From Daphnia carinata (taxonomy: Eukaryota), in assembly GCF_022539665.2 (NCBI RefSeq), contig NC_081332.1, positions 2,418,001-2,482,000 of the forward strand: DNA of 64,000 nt. The letters are read 5' to 3'. The position numbers and the translations under genes were made by a program. Below are positions 11,901-25,439 of this stretch, one piece after another (the first letter of the stretch is position 1; each line of letters opens with the position of its first letter). A model generated the notes under the pieces. The model ran no database searches, was not told where the DNA came from, and saw nothing but the letters and a program-made list of their open reading frames with translations.

Positions 11901-14632
11901 TTTTCAAATAGCTGTAAAGACGTTTAAAAATATGTGTCAAACACATAGGCAATAGGAACGGCAATCCTTACTTTCCGGTTGAATTGAGATGAGATCGCGC
12001 ACTCCACCGACCTAACCAGCCGTCGAAATAATGACACGCGAAACTCACGTTGCTCCTCATATAACCTCCTTTTCCATGAGCCACACGTAATTACGGCGCA
12101 ATAGTTTTTCAGCTTACCGGGATTTTGCGTTATAACTGGCCATATAGGGCTATACAATCCGAGGTGAAGTTATGCAATGCGACATTATACTATTTTTCAC
12201 TGCCTTTGGAAACCTTGGATGAGCCAAATCGTTCCAGAACATATTCAAAACCATTTAATTTGTAGCAATTTCATTTGAATATTTTGCTGCGTTAGATTAT
12301 GCAACGCACAGACATTTTAAATCCCCTTAGAAAGTACGGAGAAGTGAACCATGATGGGGGAAGCTAAGTTGAGACCTTTGAATTTTTGGTAAGCTAAGTT
12401 GAAATCTACGAAGATCAAATATTGCAAATTATCCATAATATCTTCCTTTTCCTAATTAAAATTTAACACTAACGAAATTCGAGGACCTTGGACAACATAC
12501 AGAGCGCAGTCATCTGGACTTCCTATTTGGAAATCCGGTCTATTCAAATCCAAGCAGTACACACCTTATTACCACGCTGATGAAAAAAAAAATTAACGTG
12601 ATTTTTATTTAAAGCAGATTCAAAACTTTTTATTTGCCAATGACTGTCCTACGAAATTTATTTTTCGCTTGTTGCTCGACGCTTGGCCAGTTTTCCATCC
12701 GGTCGGAAATGTTATGATACCTTTTGTTTCTTTCCCCTCTATGCTAGTATGACACATTGTTTCGGGAGGAAGGAAGTGCGAACTAGAAGCCAGGCGTTGC
12801 TATTCTACGTGAGGACCCCATTATACCGGGGCGCTACATGCACATCATCACAATATCAGTGATATACATGGGCACTAAAAATCAACCAAGATTTCTCGTT
12901 GTTCTTGGTTATCCCTATTGCTAGGTTCGCCTAATGTTTACACCCAATCAGTTCATCAACAGAGAAACGGGAGAAGACTTGCATGAATGAATGGCGTTCA
13001 AGGTGCCTGCCATAAATGCAGCACTCATATTTGATAGTAGAACGTGCTCTAGCTATAATAGTAGGCTACTCAAGAAATTGTGACATCTGTCTTCCGCATA
13101 ATAAAAAAGAAATACGTGGTACAATTAAAGGAAATCCTTCCACGGGAAGAGGCAGATATTCATTATTTTGCGACAACGGAAAATGTAGAAATCAAGTCAT
13201 AAAGTGTGTAAGGTTATAAAGAAAGTGAAAAAAAAATGTTATGGCATTTGAGACCATTTTCAAAAATGGTCATTTTTTTACGTAATGAAGAATTTCCCAA
13301 AGTTTTACCAACAAATTGATACAACATCGTCATTCTTGTTTTTCTTGACAGTCGTAGCTTACTGGTCATATTAATTTAGACCTTCAAAACAGGACGTTTC
13401 TCGCAGTATCGAAATTTAACAGGCAGGTTTTTTTGTTTTTTTTACCCAAAACCCAAATTCAAGGGCGTTTCACATTTTATTTTCTTCTAGTACATTTATG
13501 TCAAGTTCCTTATTTTTCCGAGTTTTTTTATTTTGTTTTTCGATCTCAGATACGGGCCTTAAGCAAAACTACTATGCAGGTACCTTAAAAAAAGCTAACA
13601 CCGAAAACGACCAAGTGGATTTTCGAAATTATACTGATTACCAACAAGGTAGAAAAATTTTGTTTTATCTGTTTTACCAGCAAAATTCAAGTGGAAATTC
13701 GCCCGACGCGATTGATTACGTGCAACAAAGATCTTTGGCCTGGGAGAACTTGATGCAATTGTTCAAAATGCAAAATAGGGCGTGGCACCTAGTTTTAGAA
13801 ATGTACGCATGCGGTAAAACTACCTATTTCGGTTTATGGCTCCACGAAAAATTGCTGTTAGCAAGCCATCATATTCTTTTTATGAAATATTATACCCCGT
13901 GAATGCTAGAAAAAGTGAATGTTTGTTTCCCTTTCAATGTTATCCGTACATTTCGACGGAGACAAATGATTGAACATGCTAATTCTTTCATAGATTACCT
14001 GAGTTTGCGAATTTTCGAAGTTTACCTTCATTTAGTACTAGAGTTCTAATAGATAAATTCATAAAAAGAAAAATCGGTCGAATGAAAAAACAAAGCAATT
14101 GAATACTAACAACTATGCGATGAATTGCACTTCCTTTGAAGCGTGCTATTTGTAGCTGACGCATTCAACCATGCAGCCTTCCGCATTCGATAATATATTT
14201 TCTTTTTTTACATTAACGCCGCTTAAAAAGGAAAAAAAAATAAAATATCACATGGCCGTTGCAAGTGGGTAAACGCAACTTGTTTTCCCCTTTTCTTTTC
14301 CTTTCTTTGTTTAACATCTCAAAAAGGTGTCCAATTCACGGCAATAGTGGATACATTATTAATGTACCCAACATGTTGCGATTTATTCCAAGAAACGAGA
14401 TGAAAGGTGTATGAACAGAAAAGGTCAATAATACCTTTCTCTCATTATATGTACAGTCCGGCCATTTACCGTCTAACTCGAGTTTTTCTGCTTGTTACCA
14501 TACCAAGGCTCCGCCCCATCTACCAAACAATTCGAAGGCTATACAGCTTAGTCACGGAAAAGTTCTTCGAACACTTCCGTCGTGACGGCAGCCTGCAGGA
14601 ACCCGATCAAGGTTGAATTTCAGCCGAGCATA

Positions 14633-14638
14633 TATAAA
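14633..14638 (+). promoter_or_regulatory. TATA box of cuticle protein gene
   Basis: TATAAA about 100 nt upstream of ATG 14732. Confidence 0.55.
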
Positions 14639-14731
14639 GCCGTTTGTACACAGCAAAACAGCATTGTAAACTTCTCGTGTTTTTTGGAGGCAAGTTCGAT
14701 TTGGCAATCGAAGCGTGGGGGCATTATCAGC

Positions 14732-14806
14732 ATGAAGCTCTGTGTAAGTTATCCAACTTTACACTGTGTTAATACGGAGATAATAATTGTTTTGTTTTGT
14801 TCTAAA

Positions 14807-14837
<31 letters not shown>

Positions 14838-15518
14838 TGACGTATATACCAAAATCTCGTTCACAAATTTTAACCTTTTTCGTCTTGATTTAACTAAAAC
14901 GAGGCTGCCGCTGTTCTCTTAGTGACATGTATGGCAATCACGGCATCGGAGATCATTTCGCCATGGAATGCCGGATGGAGCGCTGTGATAGTATCGGGTC
15001 ACGACAGTCTGTCCGACGATTCGAACGACCAGTCCAACGATCACGACAGCTTTCCAAGCAGCGATGATTCAGAAACGTACGCGACACAGTACATCGCTCA
15101 AGATGAACTGGGCCAGACTAGCTTCGGATACGCTCACCATGGCCAGGCGGCCACTAATTATCGCGATGCTTGGGGTAATCAGGTGGGCAATTGGGCCTTC
15201 ATCACCCCCGAAGGCCAGCAAATAATCGTCGCTTACATCGCCGACGATCGGGGCTTCCGCGCATTCTCCGAAAACTTACCAGTGGCACCGTCTTTCATTC
15301 ATGAAGCACCGACGGATACGATCGAAGTGGCCGCCGCTCGGGCCGAACATTTGGCCACTTACCACATCGTGAAGAATAGGCCTGTTGCCAATGTAATGCC
15401 AGCGGAAGTTCCCAACATGGGCTTTATCCAGTCTGTGACGGATACTCCGGAAGTAATGCTAGCCAAAACAGAATTCATGAAAGTTTTCAACGCGATCAAG
15501 AACAGTCGAGCTGTATAA
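14732..15518 (+). CDS. Cuticular protein with Rebers-Riddiford chitin-binding domain (CPR), 2 exons
   Basis: MKLC^AAAVLLVTCMAITAS signal with the typical 12-nt first exon. R&R consensus QDELGQTSFGY...GNQVGNWAFITPEGQQIIVAYIADDRGF. Two DT.EV..A 18-residue cuticle motifs (PTDTIEVAAARAEH, VTDTPEVMLAKTEF). Confidence 0.92.
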
Positions 15519-16722
15519 AAATAATAAAGCCAATGTACATGGTTGTCGCCGTCATAATTCCTATATCCTATTTGCAGTGAAAATAGAAAGATTTTTGTTT
15601 CAGAAATAAAATGCTCGTTTTTATTATTATTATTATTTTTTTAATAGGCTGCGAGTTCGACAGTGGGTTGTTTAAATACGTGTATACATTTTAACTTTCA
15701 AGATCGTTTGACGCATGCAAAATACCCGGTCGAAAATGTGAAGGTCTACAAAGGCGTGTCTTACCGCTTTATTGCGCGTTGAACGCGGGAGTGAAAGTGG
15801 ATCGAGCCACACATTAGGTGACATTGGTTCTACAGTTTTCTAGATTTTTTTTTTTTTTTTACTTCGGGCGAAGGGTGGGCATTTTTCGTCTCATTTCGTA
15901 ATGGAACAATTTCAAGGAAATGGTTCTAGCCAACGTAAAACCTGTTATGCTCGACCCTGAAATTATAAAATCAAGTTCAGGTTTTCAACGGGTCTGATTT
16001 TTTTTTTTTTTTTTTTTTCACACTTCATTATTTTTTATGCGGCTTTTTGATGATCGTGGGGCTTAAACTAAACATGCACCTGTTTTCAAATCACATCAAT
16101 GTCAATTTTTCTTTAGCGCAAAGATTAATTAAAAACGCTGTCGTTTCAATTCATTATAATTGTTTTTAGCCATATGATTATTCTTTTCCTTGGTCTTTTA
16201 AACTTTATTACGTTATATTTTATTATGTTATTATAACTCAGTTGCTTGTAAATACAGTTTTCGAAGAAAATCTTTCAAAAACCTGAAATTTGTGCATTTT
16301 GCCGGTGGTATCTGGAATTAGCTGGACAAAATGGTTTTATCATGCGCGAGACACAAAAATGCCGCAAACTAGTATACATGCAATACGTCTGATATAGGTA
16401 ATCGCCTGTCCATGTTCAGACCGCTTCCGCCATTACGCATGCATGTGGATTGTACCCATTACTGCTTTAGAGAACATGTGATGGACAACTGTGAGCTGCT
16501 TTCTATACCTCAAAATCCAAAACACCTCCATTAGTTGGACACGTTCGCTTTGCCGAACATGACTGTCGATATGGTAACGTTCAAATGTTTTATTGGCATG
16601 AATTGTATAATGAAGCAATACCGAACAGTGAGATGTCGGAACAAATATGACGATAAATAATTAAATACATCGCTCTTAAAATCAAAATAAAAAAAAAAGA
16701 TGTACCCTATACAAAACTGAGA

Positions 16723-17953
16723 TCATTTCCCATCGAGAGTTTGTGAGATCCATTCCAGGTAGTTTTCGATTCGCGTGTAAATGCCAGGAAGTTTTGGAAG
16801 TGCGCATCCGATTCCACCGCTGACCAGTCCGATTGCAACGTGATGACTTCTTTCCTGTATCATCAGAGGTCCACCACTGTCTCCCTGAAGTTGAATTGAG
16901 AAAATCTACTGTCAATCAGCAGTTCACGTTTACTTTTAAAAATAAAAAAAACAATACGTTGCAAGAATCTTTCCCGCCTTCCTCGTAGCCTGCGCACATG
17001 GAATTCTCGGTGATGGCCAAATCTTTCCTGCCTTCTAGCAGCCACTGCTTGCATTTTTCATTAGCCAAAATGGGGACCCTAACTTTCCTTAATTTGGTCG
17101 CATGACGGCCACCTGAAACCGACAATCATTTCATTTTTTTTTTTTCATTAAATTATTATAGTTCATACCGCTCTTGTCGTGTCCCCATCCGGCCACGGTT
17201 GCCATCACACCTGTCAATGATCCTTTGACCGAATCAGGCAAACAAATGGGCATAACTAAATCACTCCAAGCGGCTTCTTGCGCTAGATTGATGAGAGCGA
17301 TATCGTCGGCCACTTTGCTCTTGGCGGGATCGTAAGACGGATGATTGACAATTCGATTAATGCGAAACATTCGCGCTTCGTTCGGTATATTGTTTTCGCC
17401 GCGGTTCCAAGCGACGCTCACCTGAAACTGAGTGGCTTCTTTCCTATTATTCCGATATAGCCACCCGACAAGAGACAAACTCAATTAAAATGTATCAGTT
17501 TAAATCAAAAGGGAACAGAAGATGGTCTTGCCTAATACAATGAGCAGCTGTCAGGACCCATTTATTGTGAATGAGGACCCCACCGCAAATGAGCTCTCCA
17601 CGCAAACCAACTAGCGACACCATCCTGAAACGCGGAAACCATTATTCTATCAAATGAAGAAGAGCTAAATTGATTATCTTCGCTTGGTACCAAGGAAATT
17701 CGCCTTCAAATGTTTCGTCGCCATTGACTATTTTCGCCTTGCGTCCTTTGATGCTGGATAGACCGCAATCCACATCAGCCACTACAAATTACAGATTTCA
17801 AACATGAATCAGCGATACCAGCAATTAAGTTTGTAAATAAAATGATATAGCTTTTGTTATGTATAGGCGCTTACGGTTAGTGAAGCCGTGGATAACGTGA
17901 AGTTGGAGAACTGACAGCAATGTGAAGAACGACGACAACCGCATGATTTGCAT
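16723..17953 (-). CDS. Trypsin-like serine protease (cluster member SP1), 6 exons
   Basis: Signal peptide; VADVDCG...KAK^IVNG activation site; TAAHC, DDIAL, GDSGGP triad; S1 Asp (KDSC). Start could alternatively be ATG 17944. Confidence 0.93.
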
Positions 17954-18921
17954 TTGTGTCAGCAACACACGAACAGTTTGGCTATGTTTAAAGTGTAGCA
18001 ACCACAACTACGCGTATAGAGCAACGAGCAGCAGAAGCGAAACTGTTGTCGTTCGCAGCGGAGCTCTCCGTCATTTATACTTGAGTCGAAGGGTCGTTGA
18101 GGATAACAAAGACCTTCAAAAATATGTAGTACTCTCGTTAAACTATACGTGTGGTATATAGCGATATAGTGTATTCAAGGCTTTGCTACCGGTATATGTA
18201 TACGAAACAAACAGGGAATGTGTGTCGCTACCACCCTGATTATTCGAAAACACGGTACACAAGCACGTGCTCTTCATTTCGGTGTTCCCTTGAAAAACAA
18301 CGCGTTATACTTCAGTTTTCACCGAGTTACCCAACAAATCATTTCAGAGATGATTATATGATCTTAATTTAGACGTGTTCAAGAAACGTTAAGGATTTTA
18401 AATGAACTGTAAATTCTTCCACACTTGCTGCTAAATAAAAAAAAATATATATGGAAAAATGTAATTCTTTGCAATACATTAGTGGGGTTTGTTAATTGAA
18501 TGATAATTTAGGATAAACAATATGTTCTTTATAGATGCGTAGTTTAAGCAGATCCCATTCGCGACGGGGCATAACCTTAGTCTAAATGCAAAACGAATGG
18601 GGGCCAACCCTTGACTGAATTCTTCTATGAGGGTTAAAATCTTACTCATTGTGCAGAACCCTTTTTTTTCGGTTGCAGTACCCTATTCAATGCCGATGAA
18701 TTATTTAAATTAGTGATTAAAACATAATGAATAACAGATAAATGATTTAGCACAGATTTCAAAATCATCGGTTTATACACCCATTTTCTTCATGAATATT
18801 TATTCACAAACATTCTGTTATAAATATATGTTTTCTTTTTTAAAATAATGTACAAGAAGGCTGCGTTCATAAATTTGTCATAAATAGTTATGTACAAATC
18901 ATCCAAGATAAGAATTTGAAA

Positions 18922-20282
18922 TCATACTGCACGTACCAACTCTGAGATCCAATCGAGGTATTTGTTGACGCGGGTGTAGAGGCCGGGCAATCGAGGTCGC
19001 GCACAACCGACGCCGGCGCTAACGACACCGACGAGCAGATGTCGCCCATCCTTTTTGATCATCAACGGGCCTCCACTGTCACCCTGCCGAAAGAGTCCGA
19101 ATTTGATTTTTGAATGACAACAATAAAAAAAAAATTAAATATAATATAATCCATTGTCCTTACCTGACAAGAGTCTTTGCCACCTTTTTCGAACCCGGCG
19201 CACATTGACGTGTCAACGATGGTCAACGATTTCTTCTCTTCTTTGTACCATTCCTGACACACTTTATTCTCTATAATAGGTAGGTCAACCTTCTGCAGGG
19301 TGTTGGGTCGTTGGCCGCCTTTCGTTTTGTGGAGAAAATAAGATTTGGAAAATAAGCTGAGATTAGCCTCATTTCAATCAATAAAAGCGACTTAAGAAAA
19401 AAGGTGAAAGTTTAGGGTTATAGAACGATCTGCGTACCGTTTTTGATTTCGTTGGTTAAACCCCAACCGGCCACTGTGGCCACCATTCCAGTGTATGAGT
19501 CCTTGTCCGGATTGGGTAGACAAGTAGGTTGAACCATGTCGTTCCATTCGGCTTCTTGATCCAATTGAATTAAGGCGATGTCGTCGGCCACTTTGCTCTT
19601 TACGGGGTCGTAAGTGGGATGATTGACGATGCGATTAACGCGCAACAATCGAATGCCCTTCCGCGATGTTGCAGTTCCATCACGAGCCTTCATATTAAGA
19701 CCAGCCACGCCCACGTGAAATTGCGTAGCTTCTTTCCTGATATGTTTTAAATATTTTTTTGGGGGGTAAAAACAATAGAAAAAAAATTCGAAACGCTTTA
19801 TATTGGACTTTTGATGTTGATCAATCGTAATGAGTTTAATTGTTAAGTAGGATTACGTGATACAATGGGCGGCAGTCAGGACCCATTTCTTATGGATGAG
19901 GGCGCCACCGCAGAATCGCTCACCACGCAGACCTACTAACGAGACCATCCTGCCATCCAGAAATTGATTCAATTATTTGCAAATTTCGATTGTGGCGGAA
20001 TAAAAATAGCTATTATTTATGGCTGTTTTAAATTTTTACCAAGGAAACTCTCCTTCCGCAGCGTCTACTCCATTAACAATCTTGGCTTTGCGAAGTTTGG
20101 CCATTCCGCAATCAACATCGGCCACTGGCAAAAAGACAAATCAATTAATCAAAACCGATGACGCTTTTTGTTGATAAGCCAAAGACATCCAAAGAAAAAA
20201 AAAATTATTTACTGTTAAGAAATGCATTGATGAGTTGAAAACAACAGAGAGATAACACAATCAGAGAGAAGTACTGCTGCAT
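18922..20282 (-). CDS. Trypsin-like serine protease (SP2), 6 exons
   Basis: [23 protein letters not shown] signal; KAK^IVNG; TAAHC, DDIAL, GDSGGP; KDSC; same intron positions as SP1. Confidence 0.94.
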
Positions 20283-21468
20283 GACTAGTATAATGAAAGT
20301 TTAATTGATTTCAGACAAGAGCGGCTGCAGTGATCAGAACTGGTTTTGGTTGTGCGACAGACTGAGGAAGTTAAACGCGGATAAGTGGATTTTATAAGGA
20401 ACAAGGAAGGCTGATCTACATGTAGGTGGAAACGGAAAGTGAGCGACACAAGACATGACCTTCCATCATGATGTGCATCGAAGGTTTTCCATGCGTTCAC
20501 ACTGAGGACAAAATGTGTGTCACCAGTGTGAAGTAAGCAGCGCAGTTTGCTGCATAAGTACGTGTACAATAACATCTCTGCCCTGATGTGTTTGTTGGTC
20601 ATACGTCGCGGTGTAGCAGTCGTACAAGGATATCGTATTAGCATAACTTCGTTACCTTGTCGGAGCATCGAACTTGCACCCTCACCTTCATCGCTTCCGT
20701 TTCTCCTCCATTATAGACCAACATCTCTATTCCCAATTTGCGCCTAAAACGATCAAACGCACAATTAGTTTAGCGGCGTTTGAATTGACTTCCCTGTGTC
20801 GAAACATCAGTTTATCTATCGACCATGTTGTTACTATCGAATATAATTTCCATCGTCGTTTAGATTCAAAATCGGTTAAGTCATAAAAAATGAGGGTTTG
20901 ATGTTACACAATTTGTGTCTTAACGTAGGGGACAACAGGTGTCAACAGCACCCACCAAATAGACTTAATATGTAAGCTGAACATCTATATACAAACTCCC
21001 TTCTAACCTTCCTTAAAACAAATGGTAATGACAATCACGACATTGAAATACTCGGTTAATGACTAAACTCCCGTATGGCGAACGTTCTTCACCTAGAAAA
21101 ACATGTTCCGCACGCACGTGCAATGCTGTGGTGACATTACTTCACGTCAGGTGCCAGCGCTTCCCCATCACGTTTCTCTGTTTTTCTCCTTGACGAACAG
21201 ACACCCTGTCGAACACAGCCAATATAATAATATAGATTCCAGTGCACTCGTTCCTGTTTTACACGAAAAAAAAGTGCATAAACGATATACGGGCTGGCAA
21301 TGCTGTTTCCTTGACGTTTTTTTATACCTCCCGCACAATGAGACGAGCACCTTGAAAATAAAAAATTAAATGAAAACAGGAAGGATGTTCTCTTTTTTCT
21401 TTTGTTTTTCCGTGACTTATGACAACCCTACGCAATGTGCGCGTGTTTACAACGTTTGCGGTGGGACG

Positions 21469-21514
21469 TATAAAAACACCAGTCGGGTCGGTTATGAAGT
21501 TCACTTGCTCAGTC
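21469..21514 (+). promoter_or_regulatory. TATA box and Inr-like element of SP3
   Basis: TATAAAA at 21469-21475, followed about 30-40 nt later by TCACTT/TCAGTC. The other three proteases have comparable TATA motifs on the minus strand (~18075, ~20392, ~25533). Confidence 0.6.
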
Positions 21515-21563
21515 AGCAGCGAAATATCATTTTACGTTAGACAAAACAACACAAGTATCCACC

Positions 21564-22853
21564 ATGAAAACTATTCTAGCCATAACCGGCCTTATTTTCT
21601 TTCAACCGCTGGATGCCTTCATTAACAGTATGTTTGTTTTTAATTTTAACGTCACAAGTTTAAAGTGAATTTCTATTTCATTTAAATCTGTTTTATTTAA
21701 AAAAAAAAATAGTGGCGGACGTGGATTGTGGAATGTCAGTAGTTCGTAATGGCAAAATCGTTAATGGAATCGACGCCGAAGAAGCCGAATTTCCTTGGTA
21801 CATTTTTCTGGAATAAAACTCTTTAACTTAACTCTTTTGAATTGTTGAACGAAAAAAATTTTTTTTTTTGCCTTGATATCAAACAGGATTGTTTCACTTA
21901 AGCAGAGGGGTGAACATTTCTGCGGTGGAGCGCTCATCAACAGTCGATGGGCCCTAACGGCCGCCCACTGCGTGCTCAGGTAACAGGTTCATTCCTCCTA
22001 TCAATTGAATTTATAATCCAAATAGAAGTAAAATGTTCAGTCTTAATTTTTCTTTTCATTGAAAACAAAGTCGAAGGGCTTCGCAGATCCAAGTGAGCGT
22101 GGCCGAGCACAACCTGCTCGACGCCAATAGCCAACACACGAAGCTGTTCCAGGTCACCGAGATAGTTTTGCATCCGTCGTACGTGACTCGTCAATTGGCT
22201 GGCGATATCGCGCTCATCAGTTTCGACCAGGACGTTCAATGGGGCGATCGTGTTCAACCCGTCTGCCTGCCCAATCCGGACAAAGATCCGTTCGCTGGCT
22301 TCCTGGCAACTGTGGCCGGATGGGGCTGGACTGACGAAGTTAAAAACGGTATTCGAAAAAAACACAAACAAGAATATTTTAAATGCTTACGTGATTATGA
22401 GCTTCATGTTCTGTTTAATTTTCGGAATGGACAAGGTGGAACAAGAGCCAATGTTCTGCAAAAGGTCGATGTGCCCATCTTAGCTAATGCGGACTGTCAG
22501 CAGTGGTACAAAGACGAGAAGAAGTCGTTGATTATTGTGGACACGGCCTTGTGTGCCGGAGTGGAAGCCGGTGGCAAGGACGCTTGCCAAGTACATATTT
22601 CTAATTCTATTTCTGTTAATTAAAGAGAAAAAGAAAACAGATAGCCAATATTATTCTAATTTCGAATATTTTTGTTCAATAGGGCGACAGTGGCGGCCCA
22701 CTGGTCATCAAGAAAGACGGCCGTCACCAAGTAGTTGGCGTCGTCAGCGCAGGAATCGGTTGCGCCAGACCTCGGCTGCCCGGCCTCTACACCCGCGTCA
22801 ATAACTATCTCGACTGGATTTCTCGCACAGTCCGCAAAGAACAAGAATTATAA
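21564..22853 (+). CDS. Trypsin-like serine protease (SP3), 6 exons
   Basis: [21 protein letters not shown] signal; NGK^IVNG; TAAHC, GDIAL, GDSGGP; KDAC; stop TAA 22851-22853. Confidence 0.94.
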
Positions 22854-24166
22854 CGAACTTAATATACATATTTAGCTGTAAATAAATCGATGTAAACACG
22901 GAAATGTAAAATAAACGTAAAGCAACACATTTCAAAACAACTTTTTGTTATTGTTTCAAAAGAAGTACTAAAGAAGTTTTTCCTAAAGATTGAGGCGTTT
23001 CGAGAAATCGATGCGCATGACTCGTTTAAAAAATGAAGAGGTTTTTTTTTTAGGTGTCATTAAGGGTAAAGAGATTAGAGTGAAAGCTCAACCCTTGCAA
23101 TCCTCTTTTTAAGTTGACTTTATCATAAATCTATCCTCCTTCCTCGAAGACTGAATTCAATTTTAAAAGTAAAAACAAAATACTGTCCCTGTGGCCTCGT
23201 TTCTTATCGCAGGTCAGTACGCAGCTTAAAGGTCGGCAATGGTTTTAAAAACTTTTCGCGGAAAGTGTATCAATCACATTCGTGTCATTAGTTTTTATTT
23301 CAAATTTTGTTTGGATTTTTATATTGATTTATTATATTAAATATTTAATTGCCGTGTTAAAAATGATACCAAGTAACAAGCGTTTGGATTCAATGGTGCT
23401 CCCAAGTGCTTCGATCATAGTCCTATAGAAGTAAAGTCCTGACTTTATACTAACCGAAAGCTACGTGGCAAGGCATGTCTGATGTACAATAATTTTGTTG
23501 GACGTCACTGAAAAAAAAACAAAAAAAAAAACAGTTTTTATTCTCGTACTGGAAATGTTGTTATCTTCATTTCTCCTATTCATCTGTGCTGATTGTTTTT
23601 GGTTTTCACAAAACGCTTGTTTCGGTAGCTATAACACTAAATCTTGTTGGCATGAATTCCATCAGAGTAAATGAGTGGCATAAGCAACTCATTTCACATA
23701 CAATCTGCTTATGCACCGTCACAGTTTCTAGCATCTATAATCTCACTCTCAACGAGTACCTAACTCCCCAACATTGAACCACAGCAACGTCTCCATTTTG
23801 TTTTTACAACGCAACATTTGCTCTCATTATCTAAACAAATATGTGTTTTAAGGGCCAAAAATAGCATTGTGTCATGGCGACAAGCGCATACATACGATAA
23901 GGATAATGATAGACACCCGTGCCAAGTGAGTTACGCAAGGATGCAGTCCAACATTTTAAACTAACATACCCAGTTAAATTTATTCTAGAAAAAAAAAAAA
24001 ACGACGATTGCAATTGTTTTTGCGAAATCCGAATGCGAAATGCGAAACGATTAAGAAAAAATACTCGAGAAATACAAAAGATATCTTTCTTTATTTAAGA
24101 CAAATTATACACATAGACAAATAATAAAAGGTACACACACAACAAGGGGGTTAATCGTTGCTTCTG

Positions 24167-25439
24167 TTACATGCGGACCGTGCGAGCGATCCAATCTAAG
24201 TAATTATTAACACGCGTATAAAGGCCGGGTAAACGAGGACGAGCGCAACCGATTCCGGCACTGACTACACCAACTACCTGATGACGTCCGTCTTTTTTAA
24301 TCATCAACGGCCCGCCACTGTCACCCTAATTTTAAACAAATATATTATAATAAATGGAATTGCAAAGATTGAAAAAAAAAAAAATATCAGTTTTAATACC
24401 TGACAAGAATCTTTGCCGCCATTTTCAAGACCGGCGCACAAGGCCGTGCTGACGATGGTCAACGATTTTTTTTCGTCCTTGTACCACTGCTGACATTCCG
24501 CATTAGCCAAAATGGGAACATCGACCTTCTGCAGCGTATTGGCCCTTTTACCACCTTTACATATTGCCAATCAAAATTAAAAAAAATAAAAATTTGCGAT
24601 GTAATTATTTGAATTTGATAAAAATGGCGAATATACCGTTTTTGACCTCGTCGGTCCAGCCCCAACCGGACACGGTCGCCAGCAGACCGGCGAATGAATC
24701 TTTATCTGGATTAGGAAGACAAGCCGGTTGGATACGGTCGCTCCACTGCACTTGTTGGTCGAGATTGATGAGGGCGATGTCGTCGGCCAACTGACGAGAC
24801 ACGTACGACGGATACATGACGATCTGTTGGACCCGGTATAACTTCGTCCTCTGGCTATCGGCGCCCAGCAGATTGTGCTCGGCCACGCTCACTTGCATCT
24901 GCGCTGCTCGCCGACTGCATATGACGATTTAAAAATATTTTATATTACTTGACTAATTCATTTTAAAAACTACAAGAAAATTTAGAATGAAATTGTTGTT
25001 AGCATTGTGGCTGTTTCGGCTTTATACTTAAGGACGCAATGGGCTGCTGTTAGAATCCAGCGCTTGTTGATCAGGGCGCCACCGCAAAAATGCTCGCCAG
25101 TCTGGCCGCGCAGCAGCTTCAGCGACACCATCCTATAAATTGTACAATCAAATCATAACATTTGTTCTAAAAAAAAACAACAAAAAACACATTTTCAATG
25201 GCGCAAAAATTCACCAAGGGAATTCTCCTTCGACGGCGTCGATGCCATTGACGATCCGTCCGTTCCTGAACTTCGATATGCCGCAATCGACGTCGGCCAC
25301 TTTGATTTGGGTAATTTAAAAAAACAAAAAATAGTAGAAAAATAATAATAATATAATTTTTAAGAGTCCTAATACTGTTGATGAAAGCATTCAGCGGCTG
25401 GAAGTAAACGAAGCCGAGGATGACAAGGATGAACTGCAT
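24167..25439 (-). CDS. Trypsin-like serine protease (SP4), 6 exons
   Basis: [21 protein letters not shown] signal; NGR^IVNG; TAAHC, DDIAL, GDSGGP; KDSC; closest in sequence to SP3. Confidence 0.94.

Noticed and set aside
13253..13272. Palindrome GACCATTTT-CA-AAAATGGTC; also imperfect inverted repeat 15954-15994 and 12-bp direct repeat 12361/12391
   Set aside because: Short and isolated; compatible with chance or unclassifiable repeat remnants.
13498..13902. 134-aa ORF in the intergenic region
   Set aside because: AT-rich with no motif or supporting exon structure; may be old repeat sequence but no termini were identified.
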